NCBI GenBank assembly: GCA_947649355.1
Contig: CANSRG010000003.1
Coordinates: forward strand, 1-58,732
DNA length: 58,732 nt
Origin: an uncultured Mycoplasmatota bacterium
GTDB lineage: Bacteria > Bacillota_I > Bacilli_A > RF39 > UBA660
Direction of reading: 5' to 3'
The position numbers and the translations under genes were made by a program. The notes under the pieces are model-generated. The model was given only the letters and a program-made list of their open reading frames with translations, was not told where the DNA came from and searched no databases. Below are positions 28,346 through 38,545 of the stretch, piece after piece (positions within the stretch are counted from its first letter, which is position 1; the number at the start of each line of letters is the position of its first letter).

Positions 28346-29995
28346 TTAAGATAAACTTACTTTTCCAAAGGTAAGTTTTTTTACAATTTTATGTAAATAT
28401 TCTTTTCCAAAAATAGCAGTTAACAAGCCTTGTTTATAAGCTAAAAATAAATAAACAATCGCTCCTGCAATAGAAAGAATAGAAACATATAAAATGGAAG
28501 AAGTCTTACTATAGTAATTGACAGGGAGAATCATTTGAAAAAGAAGCACAACCACAATCATAACAAGTGTAGGCATGATAATTTTACCAACCATCATTAA
28601 AGTTTCCTTATATTTTAAATGATGTTTTTTACGTAAAGTAATCAATGTACTTAAAAAGGAAATAGAATATCCTAAAATACTTGCGACAATAGCGCCTATA
28701 AAAGGTTGACAACCTAATTTATGAAACAAAATCATTAAAGGAACATCTAAAATGGCATTTGTAGCGTAGCCAAGTAAAGTTGTCAAATAAACGGCTTTAA
28801 ATTTGTTTAAACTCTGTAAAGTAGAAGAAGTAATCATGTAAAGGTTAAAAAATAAAGCAACAAAAATGTAAATAGATAATACTAGACTTCCAAGTTCTAA
28901 CTCACTTGTTCCATAAAAAATGCTCCATATTGGTTTGGAAAGAAGAGAAATACCTATAACCATTGGAATACAAGTAACAAAAATAATTTGTAAAGCTTTA
29001 TTAAGTCTTGATTCTACTAAATTCCATTTTTTTAAAGTAAATGCTTCGACAATATTAGGAATTAAACTAATGGATAAACCCATTGCAATAGAATTGACTA
29101 TCATACTAATTTTACCAGACCATGTGGCAACTGATGAAGTAATAAATTCTGTAGTGGATGCATCATATCCTAAAGAAGTCATCGTTCTAGAAATAAACAC
29201 CATATCGACAAAATTATAAAGAGAAACCGCAACATCTATTATAATAAATGGAATCGCATATTGTAAAATCTTTTTCACAATATCTTTATTACTAATTGTA
29301 TCTTTTTTAGAAACATCACAAAAACCAAGTTCTTTTTTATTCTTATGCATATTACGAAGAATATATAAAACTGCAGCAAAGCCTCCTGCAAAAGCTCCAA
29401 AAACAGCAATACCTACAGAAGTAGTTAAAGAAAGATGAAACACATTTAAAGCAAGAAAACTACCACCTAAAATAACACCAATTCGAACGATTTGTTCAAT
29501 CACTTGACTGATACTAGAAACATTGATTATATTATGACCTTGTAAATATCCTTTAGAAACACTTAAAAAAGGAATAACTAAAATTGCAAATGATACACAC
29601 CGAATAACAAAAGCAACATCAAAAATCGTATTACCACCTTGTAACTCACCAATAATTAAAGTAGCCAATCCTTCAGCAAAGAAAAACAAAACCAAAAAAG
29701 TAAGAATAGATACAATACTTATAATTTTCTTTCCTAAACGATATGCCCTTACCTTAGCATCTATGTATCCTAAAGTATTATACTCTTTAATAATTTTTGA
29801 AATCGCGACAGGAAGTCCCGCCGAAGAAATATCTAGAAAGATTACATAAATATTATAAGCATAAGCATAAAGTGCACTTCCTTGTACTCCAATCATCGCA
29901 TAAAAAGGAATTACATAAAGCATTCCAAGTATTTTAGTTATAACAATTGCAAAAGTTGCGATAACAGTTCCTTCTATAAAAGAACTTTTCTTCAT
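28346..29995 (-). CDS. MurJ/SpoVB/YtgP-family polysaccharide flippase
   Basis: KILGMLYVIPF, SSAGLPVAISK and SQVIEQIVR motifs; many TMs. Start moved to ATG 29995. Confidence 0.9.
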   Translation of the reverse strand: MKKSSFIEGTVIATFAIVITKILGMLYVIPFYAMIGVQGSALYAYAYNIYVIFLDISSAGLPVAISKIIKEYNTLGYIDAKVRAYRLGKKIISIVSILTFLVLFFFAEGLATLIIGELQGGNTIFDVAFVIRCVSFAILVIPFLSVSKGYLQGHNIINVSSISQVIEQIVRIGVILGGSFLALNVFHLSLTTSVGIAVFGAFAGGFAAVLYILRNMHKNKKELGFCDVSKKDTISNKDIVKKILQYAIPFIIIDVAVSLYNFVDMVFISRTMTSLGYDASTTEFITSSVATWSGKISMIVNSIAMGLSISLIPNIVEAFTLKKWNLVESRLNKALQIIFVTCIPMVIGISLLSKPIWSIFYGTSELELGSLVLSIYIFVALFFNLYMITSSTLQSLNKFKAVYLTTLLGYATNAILDVPLMILFHKLGCQPFIGAIVASILGYSISFLSTLITLRKKHHLKYKETLMMVGKIIMPTLVMIVVVLLFQMILPVNYYSKTSSILYVSILSIAGAIVYLFLAYKQGLLTAIFGKEYLHKIVKKLTFGKVSLS

Positions 29996-30005
29996 ATTAA
30001 ACCAC

Positions 30006-30185
30006 TTATTCCTTTTCAAAATAAATCACCATCGCGGAAAAACAATAAATTTGATCTTCACCTTGTATTCCAATCGCGACTTCATACTTAATATCCATTA
30101 TATCACCTTTTATAGAACTTAGAAAAGCATTTATTTTTCCTTCCAAATCTTTTTCTGTATTTTCATCAAAACATTTTACTTTCAT
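30006..30185 (-). CDS. cse60: Sporulation protein Cse60 (DUF2758), missing from the ORF track
   Basis: Hand translation MKVKCFDENTEKDLEGKINAFLSSIKGDIMDIKYEVAIGIQGEDQIYCFSAMVIYFEKE (59 aa) with GAGGTGG RBS. Matches the Cse60 pattern FDE.EKDL..IN.FL...DIKY...EQ.YCFSA. Confidence 0.85.
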   Translation of the reverse strand: MKVKCFDENTEKDLEGKINAFLSSIKGDIMDIKYEVAIGIQGEDQIYCFSAMVIYFEKE

Positions 30186-30232
30186 AAATCCACCTCTTTA
30201 TTATAAGTTAAACATAAAAAAAGAAAATAAAT

Positions 30233-30239
30233 TGTCGAA
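30233..30239 (+). promoter_or_regulatory. Candidate Spo0A box
   Basis: Perfect TGTCGAA in the divergent intergenic region upstream of cse60. A 7-mer can occur by chance. Confidence 0.35.
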
Positions 30240-30278
30240 AAATAAGAAATTTGCTATACTTTTTAAAGAGGTGAAAAA

Positions 30279-30575
30279 ATGAAAAAACAAATCCTTTTTC
30301 TAAGTATTATTAGTTTACTTTTAATAGGAATGATTACAATTTTATTTAAAAACAATACCTACGAATTAACTTTTGTCGTAGATAGTGAAATTTATAATAT
30401 TCTAAAAATTAGAAAAAATACTATTTTAACATCACTAGAACCACCAAAAAAAGAAGGATACTCTTTTATAGGCTGGTATGATGAAGAAAAAGAATTATTA
30501 AAAAGTAATCAAAAAATAACTGAAGACAAAGTTTATTATGCAAGATTCGCGAAAATAGTAACAGAAGAAGAATAA
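30279..30575 (+). CDS. InlB B-repeat domain protein
   Basis: N-terminal TM; PKKEGYSFIGWY...YYARF motif. Confidence 0.85.
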   Translation: MKKQILFLSIISLLLIGMITILFKNNTYELTFVVDSEIYNILKIRKNTILTSLEPPKKEGYSFIGWYDEEKELLKSNQKITEDKVYYARFAKIVTEEE

Positions 30576-30607
30576 AGAAAAAACTATCCAAAAAGGATAG
30601 AATTTTT

Positions 30608-33004
30608 TTATTTTACAACAATATTTACAATTTTATTAGGAATAACAATAGTTTTAACAATTTCTTTTTCACAAATATATTTTTCTATTTTCTCATCTTT
30701 CAAAGCTTTTTCTAAAATAGATTCTTTTTCTTCATCAAAGAAAGTAGAAATTTCTCCTCTTATTTTACCATTTACTTGAACCCCAAGAATAATTTCTTTT
30801 TGAGTCGCCTTTTCTTCATCAAAACTAGGCCAATAATCATAAGCAATCGTTTTAGTATGTCCTAAAAATTCCCACAATTCTTCTGTAATAAAAGGTGCAA
30901 TAGGATTTAAAAGTTTCACAAATCCTTCTGCATATTCTTTTGGAAAAACACTTTCTTTATAAACTGCATTGATAAAAATCATCATTTGACTAATCGCAGT
31001 ATTAAAGTTTAAAGTCTCATAATCTTCTGTGACTTTTTTTACAGTTTGATGATAAATTTGTTCTAGATTTTTATTTTCTTGTTCTAAAATAATTCCACTA
31101 TGAAAAAGTCTCCAAATACGTTCTAAAAATTTACGAGCCCCTTCTACTCCACTATTACTCCAAGGTTTATCTGCTTCAAGAGGTCCCATAAACATTTCAT
31201 AAAGTCGTAATGTATCTGCCCCATAATCTCTAATAATATCATTCGGATTTATAGCATATTCTGGATATCGTTTTCCCATTTTAATACCATTTGCCCCCAA
31301 AATCATTCCTTGATGAACTAATTTTTGAAATGGTTCTTCAGTTGGAGCAATTCCTTTTTCAAATAAATAACGATTCCACATTCTAGAATAAAGAAGATGA
31401 CCAACCGCATGTTCAGGTCCTCCAACATATAAATCTACTGGCATCCAATGTTTTAACAACTCTGGATTAGCAAGTTCTTTTTCATTATTAGGATCAATAT
31501 AACGAAGATAATACCAACTAGACCCAGCAGAACCTGGCATAGTAGAAGTCTCCATCGTTCCTTTCTTTCCATGATAAACAAGAGATACCCAATCAGTCGC
31601 ACGATTAAGCGGAGATAACCCTGTTTTACTAGGAGAATAATCAAGTAGTTCAGGTAATACAAGTGGTAAATCTTCATCATCTAAAGCTTCCATACTTCCA
31701 TCTTCATAATGAATAATAGGAATTGGTTCTCCCCAATATCTTTGACGAGCAAAAATCCAATCTCTTAAACGATAATTTACTTTTTTACTTCCAAGATTGT
31801 TCTCTTCTAACCAAGATATCATAGTTTTAATTCCTTCTTCTTTATTTGTAAGGCCATTTAAAAAAGAAGAATTGATATAAGTACCATCTTTCGTATAAGG
31901 AAGTTCTTCATTGTCAGAAGCAATAACAGGTACGATTGGTAAAGAAAACTTCGTAGCAAATTCATAATCACGTTCATCATGAGCAGGGACTGCCATAATT
32001 GCACCAGTACCATAACTTGCTAGTACATAATCACTAATCCAAATAGGAATTTCACTTCCATTTATTGGATTGATTGCATAGGCTCCAGTAAATACACCCG
32101 TTTTCTCTTTATTTAATTCTGTTCTTTCTAATTCAGATTTCATGGAACATTCTTTTTTATAAGATAAAACTTCTTGTTTTTGACTTTCACTCATAATTTG
32201 TTCTACAAGTTCATGCTCTGGGGCAAGTACACAATAAGTCGCCCCAAATAAAGTATCAGGTCTTGTAGTAAAAACAGTAAAAGTTTGTGAAAAGTCTTTC
32301 ACCTTAAAATGAACTAAAGCACCTACAGATTTTCCAATCCAATTTCTTTGAATTTCCTTAGTAGAATTTGGCCAATCCAAAGAATCTAAACCTTCTAATA
32401 ATTTATCTGCATAACGCGGCATATCAATAACCCATTGTTTCATGTTTTTACGAACTACAGGAAACCCACCACGTTCACTTTTCCCATCAATTACTTCATC
32501 GTTTGCTAAGACAGTTCCAAGTTCTTCACACCAATTAACAGGCATATCTTTTAATGTTGCAAGTCCATCTTGATAAAGATTTTTAAAAATCCATTGAGTC
32601 CAATGATAAAACTTTGTATCACATGTAGAAACTTCTTTGGACCAATCATAAGAAAGTCCTACAAGACGTAGTTGAGCTTTAAAGGTTTCAATATTTTTAA
32701 TCGTAAATCCTTCAGGATGATTTCCTGTTTTGATTGCATATTGCTCAGCTGGCAAACCAAAAGAATCAAATCCCATAGGATGTAAAACATTATACCCTTG
32801 CATACGTTTCATTCTAGCCACAACATCAGTTGCTGTATATCCTTCAACATGACCACAATGAAGAGCTACACCAGATGGATAAGGAAACATATCAAGAGCA
32901 TAATACTTTGGCTTACTAAAATCCCAAATATCTGTTTGAAAAACATGATTATCTTCCCATCTTTTTTGCCATTTTTGTTCTATTTCATTATGATTATAAT
33001 TCAT
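30608..33004 (-). CDS. leuS: Leucyl-tRNA synthetase
   Basis: [21 protein letters not shown] editing domain, [15 protein letters not shown]; Leu T-box upstream. Confidence 0.98.
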   Translation of the reverse strand: MNYNHNEIEQKWQKRWEDNHVFQTDIWDFSKPKYYALDMFPYPSGVALHCGHVEGYTATDVVARMKRMQGYNVLHPMGFDSFGLPAEQYAIKTGNHPEGFTIKNIETFKAQLRLVGLSYDWSKEVSTCDTKFYHWTQWIFKNLYQDGLATLKDMPVNWCEELGTVLANDEVIDGKSERGGFPVVRKNMKQWVIDMPRYADKLLEGLDSLDWPNSTKEIQRNWIGKSVGALVHFKVKDFSQTFTVFTTRPDTLFGATYCVLAPEHELVEQIMSESQKQEVLSYKKECSMKSELERTELNKEKTGVFTGAYAINPINGSEIPIWISDYVLASYGTGAIMAVPAHDERDYEFATKFSLPIVPVIASDNEELPYTKDGTYINSSFLNGLTNKEEGIKTMISWLEENNLGSKKVNYRLRDWIFARQRYWGEPIPIIHYEDGSMEALDDEDLPLVLPELLDYSPSKTGLSPLNRATDWVSLVYHGKKGTMETSTMPGSAGSSWYYLRYIDPNNEKELANPELLKHWMPVDLYVGGPEHAVGHLLYSRMWNRYLFEKGIAPTEEPFQKLVHQGMILGANGIKMGKRYPEYAINPNDIIRDYGADTLRLYEMFMGPLEADKPWSNSGVEGARKFLERIWRLFHSGIILEQENKNLEQIYHQTVKKVTEDYETLNFNTAISQMMIFINAVYKESVFPKEYAEGFVKLLNPIAPFITEELWEFLGHTKTIAYDYWPSFDEEKATQKEIILGVQVNGKIRGEISTFFDEEKESILEKALKDEKIEKYICEKEIVKTIVIPNKIVNIVVK

Positions 33005-33386
33005 TTTTCTTCATTCCTTTCTTAATACCATAACCTTTATTTACTAAATGTCTACCATAAATTTCATAAAAGGCATAAATAAGTGCAAAAAGCAGCACAA
33101 ATCCAACAGTCATTCTCCACAACATAGAAATATCTAATAAAGAAATAAATGTTGTCACAAAAGATAATATAAAACTATCAATAAAACTAAACCAAAGGAG
33201 CATTTTTCGAACAGGTAAAATCTTAATATCTAATCGAAATTTCAACACCAAATAATTTAGTTCACCAATTTTTTTCCTCTTTTTTTTCTTAAACTTATAC
33301 ATATTCATACAATAAGTAAGAACAAAAAAAAGTAAAAACACAACCAAGAAAAAGAGTAAATTCATCCAAAATTCTTTTGTATCCAT
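32994..33386 (-). CDS. Small membrane protein co-transcribed with leuS
   Basis: About three TMs; overlaps the leuS start; ATG 33386 follows GGAGG. Confidence 0.7.
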   Translation of the reverse strand: MDTKEFWMNLLFFLVVFLLFFVLTYCMNMYKFKKKKRKKIGELNYLVLKFRLDIKILPVRKMLLWFSFIDSFILSFVTTFISLLDISMLWRMTVGFVLLFALIYAFYEIYGRHLVNKGYGIKKGMKKNEL

Positions 33387-33394
33387 AATTCCCT

Positions 33395-33585
33395 CCAAAA
33401 TAAAAAGGTCGTACCAAAAGGACGCAAAGATGCGTGGTACCACCTTAATTTATTCTCATTTTTGATAAAGGAGTGTCCTCCTATTGCATCCAAAAGCAAG
33501 TTCATAAGTTCTTTTGTTTGTTCTCACCTTCCACAAACTCTCTATAAAAAAGAAACATTATTACTACTCTTTTTTCTTCGCCATT
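33395..33585 (-). promoter_or_regulatory. T-box riboswitch (Leu)
   Basis: AAGGTGGTACCACG at 33433-33446, AGAGA and GGTGAGA stem I motifs, specifier GAA-CUU (codon at 33498-33500). Confidence 0.9.
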
Positions 33586-33660
33586 AAAATTATTATAAAG
33601 GATAACTCTCTAGAATTCAAGAAAAATTATTTTAAAAATAGATTTTCTTGTGACACTATT

Positions 33661-34500
33661 TCAAAAACACTTTCTAAAAGAAACTTGTATCTCTTCTACA
33701 TCTTTTGTAATTTTTTGCATTACTTCTTCTTCTATAATTTTTTGAAAAATAGAATGTTCAAAAGAATTTTTATGATTTTGTAAACCTATATGTAATTGAT
33801 TATCCATAAAACAAAAGAAAAATTTTCCCGAAACTTGCGCAGTAATATTTCGTATTTTTTGCATTAAAGAAGAAGTTAGTATAGTAAAAATATCTTGATC
33901 ACCACGAACAAATACTGTAAAGTTATTTTGAAAATTAAGATCGCCTACCAAAATTTTTTTATAACCACTACTAGAAAAAATGTTTTTTTGATTGAACCCT
34001 TTTTGACATATTACAAAATCTGCTTTAAAAGAATCACAAAATTCATAAACCATCCATCTTCCATAAAAAAGAGAAACTACTTGAACAATATCCTGTCGAG
34101 TATACCTCTCTTCGATTTGTACATCAGCTAGCATAACAGATATATTTTTATAAATACCTGAAACAAAATCATTAGAGTGATAATGCATTCCTGTAGACAC
34201 ACCTGTTTTTTTAATAATAGATTTATCTAATTTTTTATTAGGTTCATAAACAAAATTTTGAAACAATGGACGCATAGCATGAAAAACCAAGCTTTCTTTA
34301 AAAGCTAAAATAAATTTTCTTTGAGGTTTTAAACTTATTAAATGAGTCAAAAAAATCCCTAACAAAAGAAACAATAAAAAATGAAAAAATTCTTTCGACA
34401 AAATATACATTAAAAGAGCAAATAAAACACTAATTATAACTCCTATATACAAAATAAAATTTGCTCTTTTCCTCATCCGTTCTAATTCTAAAAAATTCAT
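33661..34500 (-). CDS. DUF3137-like membrane protein
   Basis: Two N-terminal TMs; SNDFVSGIY, LFYGRW and FQNNFTVF segments. Confidence 0.65.
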   Translation of the reverse strand: MNFLELERMRKRANFILYIGVIISVLFALLMYILSKEFFHFLLFLLLGIFLTHLISLKPQRKFILAFKESLVFHAMRPLFQNFVYEPNKKLDKSIIKKTGVSTGMHYHSNDFVSGIYKNISVMLADVQIEERYTRQDIVQVVSLFYGRWMVYEFCDSFKADFVICQKGFNQKNIFSSSGYKKILVGDLNFQNNFTVFVRGDQDIFTILTSSLMQKIRNITAQVSGKFFFCFMDNQLHIGLQNHKNSFEHSIFQKIIEEEVMQKITKDVEEIQVSFRKCF

Positions 34501-34571
34501 AAACTCACCTTATCATAAAACAATGATTAAATACTTTAAACAATTTCATAACAAAAATAAAATAACTTATT

Positions 34572-34811
34572 TTAAATTAAATCTTTTTGAACACTTTCAA
34601 TTTTTTGTAATTCAAATCTATATTTTTGACCATTTTTATTTACTTCATCTAAAAACATATCATAGGGCCTACACCATAATTTATTATCTCCATATAAAGC
34701 TCTATATGCCACCATTTTTTCGCAAGTCTCACTATGATAAATTATATCTTCTACAATATATAAATCACCTTTGTAGTGTTTATACACACCTTTAATCTTT
34801 AACTCTAACAT
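34572..34811 (-). CDS. DUF1653 domain protein
   Basis: YKHYKG, HSET, YRALYG, RPYDMF and RF motifs. Confidence 0.9.
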   Translation of the reverse strand: MLELKIKGVYKHYKGDLYIVEDIIYHSETCEKMVAYRALYGDNKLWCRPYDMFLDEVNKNGQKYRFELQKIESVQKDLI

Positions 34812-34829
34812 TATTATTCCTCCAAAATT

Positions 34830-35096
34830 TCATTTTACAAAACTTTTTATTTCTTGTAATTCAAATCTATATTTTTGATTTATATTTGGATACTTTTCAT
34901 GATCTACTTCACTTAAAAACATATCCATAGGTCTAATCCACAAACTTCCATCTCCATATAATCTTCTATATACTACATATTTTTCTTTTGTTTCTGAATG
35001 ATTAGCAATATCAACAACCAAATAATAATCTCCTTTAAAATGTTTATAAATACCATTAATTTTTACTTCTCTCAAAATAAATCCCTCCAATTTCAC
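34830..35096 (-). CDS. DUF1653 domain protein
   Basis: [21 protein letters not shown] and QKYRF motifs. Start may be TTG 35075. Confidence 0.9.
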   Translation of the reverse strand: MKLEGFILREVKINGIYKHFKGDYYLVVDIANHSETKEKYVVYRRLYGDGSLWIRPMDMFLSEVDHEKYPNINQKYRFELQEIKSFVK

Positions 35097-35185
35097 GATA
35101 TTTTTGTACTTATATTATGTAATAAATATATTATATCACATATAAAGGAATTGCACTAATCTCGTATATTTATTATTTATGAAAA

Positions 35186-36502
35186 CTATGGTTCCAATCT
35201 ATTTGGACCACGGAATAAAAATTGTGTTTCTTTTAAGGAAGGTAAACCAAGCAGTAACATCGTCAATCGATCGATTCCAAGAGCAAAGCCACCATGAGGA
35301 GGACAACCATAACGGAAAAATTCCAAATAAAATTTTACATCTTCACTTAATCCTTTTTCTTGAGCATTTTTTTGAATTTCTTCATAACGATGTTCTCTTT
35401 GAGCTCCTGTAGTAATTTCCGTTCCTCTCCAAATTAAATCATATCCTTGTAAAACACCTTCCTCACCTCTCATATGATAAAAAGCTCTTTTATTAGCAGA
35501 GAATCCTGTAATAAAAATAAATTCATGACCAAACTCTTCCATTGCATAACGACTAGTAAGCGTTTCAGTCTCATTATTCATATCACCAATATCTTCAGAA
35601 GGAATTACATATCCATAACGATTATGAAGTTCTTGATATAAGTTTTCTAAAGAAATTCGCGGAAAAGGTTTACTAGGTACAATTACTTCTTGACCAAATA
35701 CTTCTTTAATTTTTTCTCCATACATTTCTTTCACTTTTGTAAGACCCGCGATAAGTAAATCTTCTTCAAAATCCATAACATCTTCATAAGAATCTATGTA
35801 ACTAAATTCTAAATCAAAAGAAGTAAACTCTGTCGCGTGACGATAAGTATTAGAATTTTCAGCTCGAAAAGCTGGAGCAACCTCAAACACTTTTGAAAGA
35901 CCACCAGCAATCGCCATTTGTTTATAAAATTGAGGAGACTGAGCAAGATAAGCGAAACGATCAAAGTATTTTACTTCAAAAACCTCACTACCAGATTCAG
36001 AAGCAGTTCCTAATAATTTTGGAGTATGAATCTCAGTAAAGTCTTGTTCTAATAAAAAATTTCTCATAGCACCGACAAAAGTAGATTCAATTTTTCGAAC
36101 AAGTAAATTCCTTTCACAACGAAAATCTAACCAACGAAAATCTAATCTAGTATCAAGATTTACTCCATCTAAATTATTGTAATCAAAAGGAAGTGTATCT
36201 GCATGTGAAGTAACTTGAATAGAATGAGGAATTAGTTCCATACCATTTAGTTTTACTGCCTCATTCTCTACTAATGTACCATGAACTAAAATAGTACTAT
36301 CAACAGAAACTTCACTCATAATTTCTAAAAGCTCTTGATTTTTTTCTTCGCTTTTTTCAATTGTCATTTGTAAAAAACCAGTAGAATCCCTTAAAATAAC
36401 AAACATAACCCATTTTTTATCCCGAATAGAATCAACAAAGCCACTAAAACAAATCTCTTTTCCTACCCATTGTTTTAAATCTTTTACATATACTTTTTTC
36501 AT
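35186..36502 (-). CDS. aspS: Aspartyl-tRNA synthetase, short archaeal-type (probably non-discriminating)
   Basis: 438 aa, too short to hold the bacterial GAD insertion. QSPQFYKQ, FRAENSNT.RH and PPHGGFALGIDR motifs; Asp T-box upstream. Confidence 0.9.
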   Translation of the reverse strand: MKKVYVKDLKQWVGKEICFSGFVDSIRDKKWVMFVILRDSTGFLQMTIEKSEEKNQELLEIMSEVSVDSTILVHGTLVENEAVKLNGMELIPHSIQVTSHADTLPFDYNNLDGVNLDTRLDFRWLDFRCERNLLVRKIESTFVGAMRNFLLEQDFTEIHTPKLLGTASESGSEVFEVKYFDRFAYLAQSPQFYKQMAIAGGLSKVFEVAPAFRAENSNTYRHATEFTSFDLEFSYIDSYEDVMDFEEDLLIAGLTKVKEMYGEKIKEVFGQEVIVPSKPFPRISLENLYQELHNRYGYVIPSEDIGDMNNETETLTSRYAMEEFGHEFIFITGFSANKRAFYHMRGEEGVLQGYDLIWRGTEITTGAQREHRYEEIQKNAQEKGLSEDVKFYLEFFRYGCPPHGGFALGIDRLTMLLLGLPSLKETQFLFRGPNRLEP

Positions 36503-36517
36503 AAAAACCTCTTTCTA

Positions 36518-36712
36518 AATAAAAAAGACCCTAAAATATAAGGACGAATAACTTTATCCGCGGTACCACCTTATTTCATAGAATCTATGCTCTTTTTTCT
36601 TAACGCGAAATCCACGATTATCTAAAAACTGGTGTCTTCCTATCAAATAAAATCTTTGTTTTTCACCACATACAAAGTCTCTAAAAATTTATTTAAAAGT
36701 ACTCTTCCAATC
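36518..36712 (-). promoter_or_regulatory. T-box riboswitch (Asp)
   Basis: AAGGTGGTACCGCG at 36559-36572, AGAGA and GGTGAA motifs, specifier GAA-GAC (codon at 36634-36636), terminator with U-tract. Confidence 0.9.
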
Positions 36713-36739
36713 AATAATATATTTTCATTATAAACAATT

Positions 36740-38545
36740 TTAAGAATTTGTCAAACGAGAAATTTCTTTTTGTTTCCCTTTAAGAATATCACAAACTTTT
36801 TCACAAGAAGAATAATTCAAAATAGAGCCATAAAAAATACTTTCTTCTATAGAAAAACCTAAAGACTTGTTTCTTAGTACTTTTGGTCTAGAAATCAATA
36901 CTCCATCAAAATCATAACAAAAGAAATCTTTCATAAAATAAGAATCTAAATCATCGAAAGATACTTCATCATGATGTTCTTCTAAATACAATGAAACATG
37001 ATTAGTAATATAAGAATCAAGAAAATTATTAGGAATCAAAAACTTTTTCTCATCTAAAAACTGCGAAGTAACTTTACCCTCTTCATCAAAAATTTGTAAA
37101 CCAAGTTGTAATCCTATCAAAATTCTTTTTGTAATAGAAACAAAATCTAGATAACTTAACATTTGATTTTTAGAAAAATATGGGAATAAACCATGTTCTA
37201 TCCAAATATCTAAACATAAAAAGAAATGTGGTTCAAAAATTCCATCATAAGAAGTTAATTGATATGTATCCGCGACTTCTTTTTGAAGAAGAATATCCTT
37301 TGTTTCTGAAAGTAGCAACATATCTAAATTTTCACCATGAAGCCCCATTGTTCCTAACAAACTATAATTTTCCTTTATTTTTAAAATCTTTTCTTCATTT
37401 AATAAACTTTCTAAATGAATAGTTAAAAAAGAATGGGATAATACTTTTAAATCATAAAGATTTGTAAAAAACTGAAAAGTTTCAAGAGAAGAACAAAATA
37501 AGAAAAGAAATGGCTTTGATAAAGAAAGATTTAACTTTTTAAAAATTTTTAACCTTTCTTCAAAAGAAACAACATCAAAAGTTTGATTAAGAAGGTATTT
37601 AAAATCTTCATTACTAATAAACATTTGATATTTATGACATAGTTGCTGAAATAATATTTTTTGTTCTTGATAATATAGAGAAAGATTTTGGTCTAAATGC
37701 TCTACAATTTTTTCGTTGTGTTCTAAAAATACAGTTTCCATAGTTTCTAAAATAGAAATTGGAAAATGTTGTATTTCTTCTTCCGTTATTTCTAAATAAA
37801 GAGAAGAATTTATATTTTCTAAAATATCTAACCTTTTTTGACAAAGATTTTTTAAAGTATTCCATGCTCTTAAAGAATTCTTTTGTTCTCTTTGTAATTT
37901 TTTAGTATAGTCTAATATCAAATTATAAGATTGCTCCCAAAAATCTCTGTATTCTACATGTAACTCCTTATGAGAAGAAAAAGCATTATGTTTATACAAA
38001 AAAAACAATTTTATATAATAAACTAAATAAGAAAACGTTTTTTTGATTACTTTATTACTCTCATTATAAAAATTTAAAACAAAAAACAAATCATCATAAG
38101 ATACTTTTCTTTTTAAAAAATCCAAACATTTTACTTTATCCCCTAAAAGTCTTTCTATTTTTTCTAATTTTTCTTTATTTTTCATTTGCCGAAATAAAGA
38201 AGCCTGAGTTAATTCAGTATATTCAACTAGCATATTTACTTCATAATCTTCTAATAAAAATAATTGTTCTAAAATCTTTACAAGTAACATTTCATCTTTA
38301 GATGTATGAAAGAAATTTGTCTTTTCAAACTGCCTAATAACTTGATTATTTTCTTCAAATGATTTTTCACTTTTCGCATTATAAACAAGAGCAAAAAAAG
38401 ATAAAGACATTAAAACTTTTGAACTTTTTTGAAAAAAATCACAACCATCTTCTAAAAAATCTTCATAAACTTCCAACTCTTCGTTATACAAAAATGAGTT
38501 ATCTTTTTCCAAAAAACTTCTTAATCTTTTCTTAAGAGTTTCCAT
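36740..38545 (-). CDS. Hypothetical protein
   Basis: 601-aa ORF overlapping the upstream ORF; no family recognised. Confidence 0.7.
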   Translation of the reverse strand: METLKKRLRSFLEKDNSFLYNEELEVYEDFLEDGCDFFQKSSKVLMSLSFFALVYNAKSEKSFEENNQVIRQFEKTNFFHTSKDEMLLVKILEQLFLLEDYEVNMLVEYTELTQASLFRQMKNKEKLEKIERLLGDKVKCLDFLKRKVSYDDLFFVLNFYNESNKVIKKTFSYLVYYIKLFFLYKHNAFSSHKELHVEYRDFWEQSYNLILDYTKKLQREQKNSLRAWNTLKNLCQKRLDILENINSSLYLEITEEEIQHFPISILETMETVFLEHNEKIVEHLDQNLSLYYQEQKILFQQLCHKYQMFISNEDFKYLLNQTFDVVSFEERLKIFKKLNLSLSKPFLFLFCSSLETFQFFTNLYDLKVLSHSFLTIHLESLLNEEKILKIKENYSLLGTMGLHGENLDMLLLSETKDILLQKEVADTYQLTSYDGIFEPHFFLCLDIWIEHGLFPYFSKNQMLSYLDFVSITKRILIGLQLGLQIFDEEGKVTSQFLDEKKFLIPNNFLDSYITNHVSLYLEEHHDEVSFDDLDSYFMKDFFCYDFDGVLISRPKVLRNKSLGFSIEESIFYGSILNYSSCEKVCDILKGKQKEISRLTNS

